This document shows, piece by piece, positions 19,101 through 31,100 of a stretch of DNA of 64,000 nucleotides. The stretch is from an uncultured Clostridia bacterium (GTDB taxonomy: Bacteria > Bacillota > Clostridia > Christensenellales > CAG-917), in contig CALVQW010000011.1 in NCBI GenBank assembly GCA_944358385.1, positions 237-64,236 of the forward strand, read 5' to 3'. Position numbers and translations under genes: made by a program. The first letter of the stretch is position 1, and each line of letters starts with the position of its first letter. The notes below the pieces were generated by a model. That model was not told the DNA's origin. It did no database searches and saw only the letters and a program-made list of their open reading frames with translations.

Positions 19101-22100
19101 GCCGTTCTGCATGTTGAGGCCCACGCCGTACAGCTGCGTCCCGTCAGCCGAGGTATGGGCTGCGCCATCGGAAGCGGTGGTGGCGACAGGCGTGCCATAG
19201 CTCCAGCTGCCGGTGTCACGATCGTCGCCGTAGGCAAAGCTCGGGAAGAGCTGCCCGCTGCCGATGACGTGACCGAGGTCGATCCAATTGAGCAAGCCCA
19301 TGGCATCTCCCAATCCGTCTGCCCAGCCCAAGCTGCCGACTTCCACATCCGCAAGGACGGCGTTGTTGTTGCCGAAATACACGGTCGCCTTCATGGTCTC
19401 GTCGCTCGCGCTCTCGGGATGATTTGCCGTCAAGCCGAGGGTGATCATGTAGTCGTTTATGCTCGTTGTGCCGCCCAAAGCACCCAACCCGTTTCCGGTG
19501 CGGCCCACGAAACCGTATGAGGACACGAGCGAGACGGTGCTGTTGGTCTTGACCTTCTTCGCCTGCAAGTCACGTCCGACACCGGTGTAGCTTTTGCCGG
19601 TAGTGTCGAGTATCACCGTCTCCGCCCTTCTGTCGATGTTGATGGAGAGGTTGGGATTGATGCCTTCCAGCAAGCTTTGCAGCAGAGTCATGACGCCTGC
19701 CGTCTTGGAGTAGGTGATGCCCGCAAATTGCTTCTTCACCTTGTTGACGAGGTCCTCGGTGTCGAGGGTGTTCTCCAAGCCGAGGGCGAGGTCGTCTATG
19801 GTGAGGTGCAAGCCCGTGCCCGCGCCGTCCACCGTGGCGTCGAGGGAGATGGAATCCACCGACGAAGTGCCGAAGGCGAAGGCAAGCTCAAGGCTCTGGA
19901 TGTCGGGCAGCGAGCTGATGCCCGCAGTGGCGAGCGTCTCGCCGAGCAGGTTGTTGAGCACGAAGTCGATGAGCGACTTGTCGATGTTGATGCCGATGTA
20001 GTTCTCCGCAAGGTCGATGCCGAGCGCGATGCTGATGGTGGTGGTCTCCTCTGCGGGGGCATCGGTGTCCTCAGGCTCCGCCGCAGTGGCGGCACCGCTC
20101 TGATAGACGCCCTGATAGGCGTTGCCGACATTGCCGCCCAGCAAGCCCGCTATGCCCTGGAACTTGATCTTGCCAAGCCCCAAGCCGCTTGCGTCGATGT
20201 AGATGGCATCGCTGAACGCACCCTGCTGCTGAGCGGTGAGTTCCGCCTCGGCTTTGAGGTCGTAGATGTTGCCCTGCTTGACCAGCCTGGAAGAGCCGAG
20301 ATAGTACACCTCAAGGATGGTGGTGTTGAAAGGCTCGCCCAGCGTGACCGCCACGCGCAGGTCGCTGAACAGGATGCCGCCCAAGCCCGCCGCGATGATC
20401 GCGCCGAGGTTGATGTTGGCTTCAAGCTCGATGCCGAGGTTGATGTCGCCGGAGGCGAACGTCGCCTCGATCATCGTCGTGCGATAGAGTTCGGGATAGT
20501 CCGAATAGTTCCTCTTCGTCTCACCGTCCGTGTCGAGGAACTGCGCCGTGTCGCCCGCAATGGTGGTGCCCACTTGGTTGTAGACGGTTGCACCGGTGCT
20601 GTCCTCTCCCTTCGTATAGAGCGGACCTTCGTATTTGATGTATTCCTCATCCGCCGTGGTGAAGGGGGAGACGAAGAAGCTGTTGGCACCCAGCATATCC
20701 GTGAGCAGCCCGATCACCCAGCCCGCGAGAGAGTTGTCGTAGTCATCGTCACCGGGCTTGAGACCTTCGCTGGTCATGGAGAGATTGATGTTGCCGGTCG
20801 CGGAGAGAGTGAGGTCGTCCGCAAGGTCGCCCGTATCCACATTGAGCAGCTGCTTGTAAGCCACTTCCTCGCCGTCCTCTCTGACGATGTAGTCGCCGGT
20901 GTCTTTGTTGAAGTAGAGGTCATCCGTGGTGTAGATGCGCTCCGTGCCGATGTTCACCTTGGTGATGTCGATGGAGACGCCGAAGTCCTCGGACATCTTG
21001 AAGTTGAGTGCCAACATGCTGCCGCCCTTGCCGCCGCCGTAGGACTCCAGCATGATGTCGCCGAGGTCGGGCAGCTCAAGGTCGAGGGCGAGGTCGGGAT
21101 TGTCCGCGTTCACCTTCTCGATGATGGCTTGCACCGCCGCCAGCGTCAGTTGCAGCGAGAAGTAGCCGGGATTGATCATCGCGGCAATGTAGGCATAGTC
21201 ATGCAACGTCATGCCCGCCGCGGTGTCGATCGCCGCTATGCTCGCTTCCCCGCTGCCCTGTCCGACGGAGTCGAACACGCCGCTGAGCGCGTCTTGCAGC
21301 ATGGCGGTGAGTCCGAGATCGGAGATCCTGGCTTTCACGGTCTCGCCCAGCACGCCGCCGAGGTCGATGTAGATGGCGTCATAGGCAAGGATCACTCCCA
21401 AAAGTGCCACGTCACCGCGATAAACCGTCAGCTTGGCTTGCAGGTTGCCCGTGAAGTCGAAGTAGGCGTCCAAAGCCACCGTGAAGTATGCCTCGGTCTG
21501 ACTGCCGAAGTCGCCCGTGATGTCGAGCGTGAGGTCGGTGCCGACCAGCTCCACGCCGCCCAGGAGTTGTTTGAGCGCGTCGATGCCAAGCAGCATGTCG
21601 ATGAGTTCGCCGAGGTTGAGTCCGGAGCCTTCGTTGCCCCAGAAACCGACCTCTATCTCGGTGTGCAGCCTGATGCCCGGCACTTCCTTCGCGCCTGCAA
21701 TGTTGAGCATGTCTCTGTAACCGTAGATTCTCTGCCCTTCGCTGTCCACGATGCCCGCGGAGAAGGGCTGATTGACGCTGAGATACAGTCCGCCGAGTTC
21801 CAGCGCGATGTTCACGTCGCCGAGACGCACGTACTCACCGCGGATCTTGGACGCATCGAGGGCGTATCTGATATCATCGGTCACCTCGCCGCCAAGAGCG
21901 GTGTACCTTTCCGCAAGCATATAGGTGCCGGCGTATTCCACCATCACCTTGTTGCCGTCCTCGTCTACGCTCTCGAAAGAGCCGAGGTCGGAGTCTTCCG
22001 GCACGAGGATGTACTCACCTTTCGGATCGGACTTGAACGCGCCATTTTTGTAGGACTCCTCATAAGAGAGATCAGTGAACACGGGCTTGCCGTCCTCGAT

Positions 22101-25100
22101 GCCCGTGAATTCGTAACGGGTGCCCAGCCACACCTCCGCGGGAGATGCGTTGGGTGCGAGGGCGTACTCCGAAGTGGAGATGATCACGCTCACGCGGGGA
22201 TCGTCAAGCTCATAGTCATTCGTGCCGTCGGTGTAGACCGTCTTGGACACGGTGGTCTCTTCGCCGCCTTCCTCCGTGGGAGGCACGGTCACCGTCCTCT
22301 CCACCTTCTCGAGCAAGGTGTAGGTGACGTTGCCGTCTGCGTCCTCATGCGCGATCACGCGAGCCTCGCCCAGGAATTCGGGGAGGTTGTCCGCGTTGAT
22401 CTTGTACACGCTCTCTTTGTAGAGCAGGTTGTTGAGGGTGTCGCTGCTGCTTGCGTTGCTCAACGCCTTCTCGATCTCGGAGACGGAAGCAAAGTCGTCA
22501 AAGCCGCCCACGATGCCCAGCTCCACCTTGACGGTGAGGTCCGCGTCGCCGACAAGCAGCTTGATGCCGCTGCTGTCCGCACCGCCCGTCACCTTGAAGG
22601 TGGGCAGATATTTGATGTCCTCTGCGGGGAATTCGGGGACAAGCGCGCCGATAAGCCCGCCGAGCAGATCCTCCGTGATGCCCACGGAGAGCATATCGTG
22701 AGTGAGGATCACTTCACCCAGCAACAGATCCAGCACGCCCCAGATGTTGTCGGGGACCATGCCCACGTCTTTGCCCGTGGTGTCGATGACGATGCCGCCG
22801 CCGCTGCTTTCCGCCGCGATCACCGCTTCATCCGTCGCGTCTTCGGCTGCCGCCTCGACGGGGATGAGGTCTATGAGACTGATGGCGTTCTCCAGCTTCA
22901 CGCCCTGCGCGAAGAAGTCGCCGTATTCGCCCGTCAGCCCCGTCACCGTGCCGAGATCGGGCGCGATGAGATAGATGTTGAGGTAGAGTTCGTCATCGTC
23001 GGACACTTCCACCCACAGCTGGATGGGAGCGGCGTCCGCGATCGCCTCACCGAAGAAGTTGGTGTCCAGCGCGATCTCAAGATAGATCATCGCGCCGCGC
23101 AGCATGGGCAGGATGTCCGCCGCCGCCACGTTGCCGCCCGCAAGCAGCGAAGGCAGTGCCTCGAACACGCCCTCCGTCTTGAGACGCACCGCGAGCTTGA
23201 TGTCCATGCCGATGGCGGACACGAAGTTCGCACTGTTGAGTGCCATGGAGGACAGCATCATCGCAAAGTAGTCCTGCGTACCGCCGTCCACGCGCATGAG
23301 TTCCGTCATCTGACGCGTCCAGTTGATCGCGTCACGGAAGCTCAGGTCGAGCGAGAGTTCCGCACCAAGCTCGATGCTGCTCAGTCCGCCCGCCTGCACG
23401 CCTTCCAGCACAAGGGCGAGCGCGTCCACCGCGCCGCATGCGCAGACGTGAGTGACCGCGTCATATTCGTGCTTGTGCGTGGGATCCTTCGCCAAGTTCT
23501 CGTTGCCCTTGGAGTTGAGCAGCGTGCCGAGATCGAGGCTGAGGATGTTCTGATAGTTGCCGAAGACGTCCGTCTTTCTGTAAAGACCGCCGCTCTCCTT
23601 CACATAGAAGCTCGCCGCCACGACGACGTTGTCGACCGCTTCGATGTTGCCGTCCGTGTCGATGTTGAGCTTATCGAACACCGTCTTACCGCTCTCGGTG
23701 GCGAGGAGTGCCTCGCGCGCAGGCCCGTTCGACCTCAGGTTGTTGAGACGGACGTAGAGCAACGCCGTGCCCTTGCCGCTGCCGTCGCCGAGATAGTCGA
23801 TGTAGTTCCCTGCACTGCTCGCGTTGAGCTCAGTGCCTATGCCGGAGTAGCTCAACGTGCCGAGGTCGGAGAACCTGTCGCCCGCGGGTGCGGTGTAGTT
23901 CAGGCGATAGAGGTTAAGTTTCCCCGCCACCGCGTCGTATGCCGCCTTGTCGAGCAGAGGCACGTAGACGGTGCTTTCGGTGTTGGACACCAGATGATAA
24001 CGCTCGCCGTCGGGAGCGGTCGCTCTCGCGTAGTCGCTCACGAAGAGAGTGTAGGTGGGTGCATCGTCATAGACGTACACCGCATGATCCTTCGCGTGGG
24101 CGAGTGCCGCAACCTTGCCGCCCTCGATGACGGCGTACTCCTTGTCCTCCGTGGTCTTGTAGAACACGGTGCCTTCGGGAGCAGCCTTGATGTCATCCTC
24201 ATCCACACGGGAGAACATGCTCTGATAGAACATATACTCCTTCACCTTCGCCTCGAAGTTCGCCTTTGACAAGTCGGCGTAGTCCTCCAAAGAACCGAAG
24301 GAGATCTGCATGCCCGTGGTCTTGTCGCTCGTGCCGAAGAGGTTGAGCGTGAGACCGAGATCGAGCAGACCGACGTTGTCATCGTTGAACAGCGTCGCGC
24401 CGATGGTCAGATCGTACGGAGCGGCACTGATGTCAACGCCGATGGAAAGATTGGGCAGCACTTCGTTGAGCGTCGCCGCCGTGTTGGGAGCAAGCATGCC
24501 CACCAACAGTTTCAGGAAGCCCGCGCTCGCCTGCAACGCGATCTTGCGGGAGAAGATGTTGAGCAGGACGGTCGCTCCGTCGGGATCCACCACTTCGTTG
24601 CTCGCCGCCGCAGTCACCGCTTCGCCGGAGCCGTCGGGAGCGGTCTCATCGCCCTTCTGCAGACCGCTCAGCACCTTATCGTTGAGCAGCTCTTCCACGG
24701 TGTATTGCGAGAGGTCTACCCTCACCTTGGCACTCGGACCGAAGAACCAGCTGAGGTCCACATAAAGTGCCGCGCTGTTCACGACGTCCTTGCCCGTCTG
24801 ATCCTCGCCGACGCCCACATCGGTGTTGTCGCCGATGTTCCAGACATCGCTAAGGTAGTACAGACCGAGGACATGGGTGAGCGTGCCGTTATCCGCCTCG
24901 GTGCGCCACAGGTCGATGGCAAGCTCCAAGCCCGCGACGTAGAGAGTGTCGTATGCGTCCTCCGCCGAGGAACGATAGTCGATCTTGACGGTGGCGCGGA
25001 TCTCGAAGGGCAGCACCGCGCTGTATCCTTCGTCCACTATGAAGTCGGCGTCCAACTCGCCCACGATCGCACCCAGCACTTTGCCGAGTTCCGTCGAAGA

Positions 25101-28100
25101 GGCGGTGTACGCATAGTATTTGTCAAGCCCCGCGTGCTTGGTCGCGTCGTAGGGGACATACTCCCCTCTCACCAGCGCGTATGCCTGTGCGGGCAGAGCA
25201 GCCTCGCCCCCCGGATACTCGTCCTTGGTGAAGTAAGCGACGTGCTGACTCAGCGAGATGGAGCCGCGGATGACGACATTGATGTAATACAGCTCGCCGG
25301 TGTCGCCGTACACGATCTTCTCGCCTTCGTAGAACACCGCCGTGCCGTCCTTGCTCCTGTAATTCTCCGCGAGATAAGCCTCAAAGCTATCTCCCTCACC
25401 CGCGACAGCCGTGTAAGCCTCGCGCGCCGTCGCCACGGACACGAAGCCTTCCGCCTCCTCGTCGTAGACGAAGGTGGCGTCCTCGTTCTCGCCCGCGGCG
25501 ATGTCGAAGTCGTCGATGATGTTGTCCGCATACACTCTGTACTCGGGCACCGTCACGAGAGAAGTGGTCGCATTGCGGGTGTAGTTGCCTTTGCCCTCGC
25601 CCACATAGCGGTAAGTCTCGCCGTACTTCTCCTTCTTGTAGACGTCCGCTTCGTTGATGAGGATGTATGCCGAGAAGCCTTCACCCACCGCTCTCACGTG
25701 CAGGTAGAAGTCGCCGCTGTAAGGATTGGTCTGGAAGGCGTCCCACGTCTTACCGGTCACGGAACTATACACGCCGCCGTCAAGCACCTTGAGGTCGTTC
25801 TGCGTGATCTTATAGTAATGTCCGCGGTAGTAGAGGTAGTGGCTGCCGTCGTGTGCATTCGCGGTGTCGTGAGTGTAGGTGAAGTTCTCCTCCATCACGT
25901 ACGCGCCATTGCGCTCGCCCACTTCCTCATAGGTGTAGCGTGCCGCATCCGTCACGGGCATCTCGATGCCGAGACCGAGATTGTGTCCCCACAGCCAGAT
26001 GCTCGCCTCGATCAAAGGCTTCTTGTTGGCGGAAGGATAGACGACGTAGATGCTGTCGCCCGTGCCGAGTTCCGCAAAACCGTCCTTGTCGAGGCCGGCG
26101 TTTTCCTTGGCGTATATGGCGTCCGGCGAGTCGAGATCGACATAGAACTTGTAAGTGCCGATGAGAGCCTCGTTGGCGATGTCGCCCCCGTCCTCATACG
26201 TTTCGGCACGCACCCAATCCGTGTTGGACGCCTCGGAGGCAAGCACCTTCTCGCCGCCCACGTTGAGGTAGACATCGATGGGCGTGATGTCATAGAACTT
26301 GCCGCCGCCGTCGATGTAAGCCTTCTCCTCCGCGGGAGTCATGTCGGAACGGAGCTGATAGTAGCTCTCCTCCGTCGTCTGATCGTAGTAGAGATAGTAA
26401 GTGCCGTCCTCGCTCTCCTCTATTGCGAAGCGGGTGTCGGAGAACTCGATCTCATCCGTCGACGCACTGCTTATCTGCGCATAGAGGTAGTTGTTGACAT
26501 CGACATTGATGCCCACATAGGACTGATCGAACACCATATCCTCCGCGAAGGGAGACTCGCCGAGCAGTATGGTGAGCAGCTGGTTGAGATAGTCCGTCTG
26601 CACCAGGATCCTGATGTAGGTGGAAGTGATGCGGATGCCGAACAGGAACGCCCTGACATATGCCGCGATCTGCTCGGTGAGCAGAGGCAGCTCAAGGTTG
26701 ATGTCCGTGCCGAGCAGCGCGCCGAGGTCGATGGGCAGGCTGAAGCCGCCACCCTCCGTAGTGCTTCCGTCGCCGGCAGGATCCGCCGCCGTGACCGCCT
26801 CACCCTCGGAGAGGGAGAGGGGCTGATCCATCAAGCCGCTGATGAACGCGAGCAGCTCGGTGAGGTTCATGTACACTCCGGGCTGTCCGAAGTAGCTCAG
26901 ATCCACATAAAGTCCCGCGTGCTCGCGCACCACGGTGCCCTTCTCGTCGGGATAGAGGAAGGAGTCGTCACGCGCATATCTGCCGTGTTCCTTCTCGTTG
27001 TACATGATGCCCTTTTCCGCAAACTTGGAGATGAGCATATAGCCGTCCGCCGTGCCGTCGGTGTCTTTCTTGACGCCCACATAGCCGTACAGACCGTTGT
27101 CCGCAGCGAAGTAGTGCGAGTAGCGGTCGAGCGTGACATTGCCGTCATAGTCCTCGACGGGAGTGCCCTCGTTGTCGCCCAGCGTGAAGTAGACGCCGAG
27201 CAGAGTGTGCACGGGCGTGCCGTCATTGGACGTGGCGGAGATCTCCACCGACGCGTTTGCGAAGTTGAGGAAGTCCTCAAGACCGAGGAGGTCGTCCACA
27301 TTGGCGTCCTCGTAGTAGATGCTGCCGCTCGCATCGGGCACCTTCTTCGCGCCGATGAGACTGCGGATGACGTTGATGAAGGTGATGAGGTCGATGTCGT
27401 CGCCGAGGGCTTCGAGTGCCACCCTGATCTCTTCGCCGTCCTCCGTTTCCTCTGCATAGCTGAGGTCATACCTTGCCGCCAGGCTGCGCAGATAGTTGAT
27501 GAACGCGCCCAGCTTGAATTCCAGCGACACGGTGATGTCGATGCCGCGCAGGATGTCGGAGACCGCCGAGTTGTTGTTGTCATCGCCCGTCACGACGTCG
27601 ATCACCGCATCGAAGTCATACTCGCTGTCCGGGAAGAGATATTCGAGCAGCGCGGTAAGATCGATGGGACTGTCGCCCGCGAAGAGCAGATCCAGCGAAA
27701 TGGTCTCGCTCAGCGACACGGTGTCGAGGCTGTTGAAGTCGTAGAACTCCTCCAGCTCGTCACGGTCCAGCGTGAAGTCGCGCGTCTCGGTGAAGTAGAG
27801 GTCGATGTCCCCCACATTCAGATCCAGCGTGAGGACGGTGTCGTAGTCGTTGGCGTTCGCGTCCACCGCGGGGATGAACAGGAACACGTTGTCCTCCACC
27901 TCCGCCGCGGTCTCCGTCCTGGTGTACAGCGTCGCGGACGCGGGCTTCACCACGCCCGTGGCGGTGCTGTCGAGGTAGGCGTCCTTCTCTTCGTCGAAGA
28001 ACCACTTGTCCTCATCGCCCGCCGCGTAAGTGTAGTACACCCAGCCGTTGTTTTCCGCATTCCTTGCAGCCTCGAAACGCTGATAGAGGATGATCGCGGA

Positions 28101-31100
28101 GCCTTCCTCAAGCCCGTCGCGCGTCTCGGCTTGGTTCGCCTCACGGTACATGCCCGTGTCGGAGTCGTAGATGAACAGTCCCTCGGCGGGTGCCGAAGTG
28201 CCTGCGAATTCCTTGAAGATGTAGTATCTCGCGCCGTCCGCCGTGGTGTTTTCGGTGTACAGCTCATAGCGGTCGCCTTCCAGCATGAGTTCCGCACCGA
28301 TGCCGATGTCCAGACCGTTGTTGAGGTCGAGGGTGATCTCCAGACCGCCCTGCAGATCCTCGTACACGAAATCGTCAAGCGTGTAGTCGCCGATGACGAT
28401 GACGGAGAGCAGATATCTCATGAGCGCGTTGCCGATCGCCACGGTCAGTTTGCGCTTGCTCACGAGAAGCGACGCCACCTGCTCCTCGAAGGAGAGGTCG
28501 GAGTCAAGCTCGGGAGACTGCTCGTCCGCCGCGGTGACAGCCTCTGCGGAGGAGCTGCCCACCTCGACATCCTGATAGATGGAGTCGGTGAGCAGGTCGT
28601 CAACGAGACCTTGCAGCATATCCGAGATCTCGGTCATGGGCACGGAGAGCTTGGGCAGACCGAAGAAGGACAGATCCAGATAGAGCATCTCGTTGAGGTA
28701 ATGCGCCGCAAGCCAACGCACTTCCGCGCCGGACTCGGAGGAGAGGTTGTACAGCTCGATCTGCACTTCGGAGGCGGGCAGATCGAACATATCCAGCACG
28801 AGGGTGAAGTCCAGACGCAGGTGCGCCGAGGAGTAGCCCTTGCTGGTGTCCGGGATCTGCACGACAAGGTCGCCGAGATCGCCGAGGAGACCTTCCAGCA
28901 TCTGTCCGAAGTTGATGTTGCCCTCGGTGATGGCAAGCTCGATCTCCACTGCGCCGCCCACCGTGATCACGGAGTCATAGAACGGGAGCAGAGGCACGTC
29001 GTAGTAGTACTCGCCGTCCGCCGCGGGCGTTTCCACCTTGGTGTAGACGCCGTTCTCGTAGGTGTAGGCATTCGCGCCTTCCGTGCCCGTGTGCTTGGCG
29101 GGAGCTTTGGTCTTGCCCTCGCGCACATAGTCGGGAAGCAGCGAGCCGGTGTCGCCGAAGTCCAGCGTGATGCCGCCCAGAGACAGCCCCACGTTCATCG
29201 TGCCGATGTGCGCACCGAGAGAGAGATAGAATTCGCTCAGTTCGGTGTAAGGACGATAGACGCGCAGATAGCCGCCGTCCGCCTCGCGCACGTAGCCGTA
29301 CTTGCGGTCGTAGGTCACGACAAAGCCGTCCCCGCCGAGTTCCACCTCCGCGTTGGTGTTGCCGCGGTAGGCATAGACCGCGGTGTTGGCGGGAACTTTC
29401 GCGAGGTCGGTGACCAACACTCGCCTGTCGCCGTCCAGAGTGTAGAAGGTGTAACGGTCGCGTGCGAGATACTCCTCGCTGCCCTTCACCTTGACATAGC
29501 TGCCCGCAAAATCTTCTTCCGCGGGGGCGTAAGCTGCGGTCTCGTAGAGGTTGTATCTCAGCGGATCCGCCTTATAGAAGTTGCCGTCCTTGGCTTTGTA
29601 GTAGAGCTGTCCCTTGCTCGCCGTCGTGGCGGAAACGAGGTCATACCTCTGCGCGTCGGAGCCGTTTGCGGGTGTGAAGCCGATGATGCCGCCCTCCGCG
29701 GCCTCTACCGCCACATATTCGCCGTCTGCGCTCTCGGTCGCGGCAAAGACCACTTCGTTTTCCTCGGAGATGTCTACATAATCATATCTGCCGATGTCCA
29801 CGCCGAGGGAGACTTCGAATTTGTCGAAGATGTCCGCAAAGCTGCCCAGGTCGGGCAGGAGCGTGGCAAGCACCATGCTGATGATGCTCTTGGTGAGCAT
29901 GATCTGCATCGCGCTGTCGGAGTAGATGAGTTGCAGCATCGCGTTGCGGATGGCGGTGGTGTCGCCGTCCGCCGCAGTGACGCTCTCCGCCGCGGAGAAC
30001 GCCTGACCGCTGCCCTCGTCGGGCGTGGTCTCGCCGCCCTCTTCGGGCATAGGCTCGTTGCATCCGTCGCACACGCCGTTGCCGTCCTCGTCAACGTGCT
30101 GATGCGTACTCTGACCGAGTTTCACCGCATCCAGCACGAAACGCAGGAAGTTCGGGACATAGGAGTAGTTCTCCACCACGTCGAAGATGCCCGTGCCGTC
30201 GAGATAGAGGTTGCCGCCGGAGATGTAGATGCCCGCGAGCACTTCATCCGTGATGTTGCCCGTGATGTCGATGTCCAGCAGCTCCAGAGCCACTTCGATG
30301 GTGTTGAGGTCGGAGCCTTCTATGAATTTCGCTATCTTCTCATCGGTGGTCTTGATGGAGGAGTCCGCAAGCACGTCGAGCGCGAGTTTGCCCAGATCCG
30401 CCGAGAGAGTGAGACGGAAGCCCACACCGTCATTGAAGGCGGCGTCCGTCTTAAGCTCGAGGATGATGTCCTCGATGTACTGTTGCAGGAGGGAGCCGAG
30501 GTCATAACTGCCCTCGCCGTCCGTCTCGAAGTTCACCTTGCCCGCAACGGAAAGCGTCACGCGCTGAGAGCCGAGGTCCGCATCGGGCAGACCGAGTTCG
30601 GGCTTGATGAGTCCCGCCACGTTGTACACCGCGGCGGTCATGTCCACAAACGTGCCTCTCTCGCCCGCACTGAGCAGGACGGACTGAGGAGTGGCAACGT
30701 CGATGACCAACCCCGCATTTGCGGAGACGGAGAGATCGAAGCCCGCGTTGGAGCGTGCGGACACCACGAGTTCGATGCCGCTCGCACCGCCGACGTTGAG
30801 GCTGATCTTGCTGTCGTTCTCGTCGAGGATGAAGTCCTCGAAGACATAGCCGTCCTTGCCCGTGGCGAATGCCACGATGTTGCCGAGGAGGTTGGCGGGC
30901 AGGAGGACGTCAACGCCGATGCCGTCCGAGAAGATGTTGCCGCCCGCTATCGCGGAGCCGACATTGTTGCGCAGCACGACCGCGCGCACGAGGGTGTTGA
31001 GCAGACCTTCGACGTCGAAGGAGCTTTCTTCCCCGCTGCTGCCGTCGCCCTCCGCCGCGATCACCGCCTCGCCCGTGCCGCTTGCCGCGTCACGTGTGAA

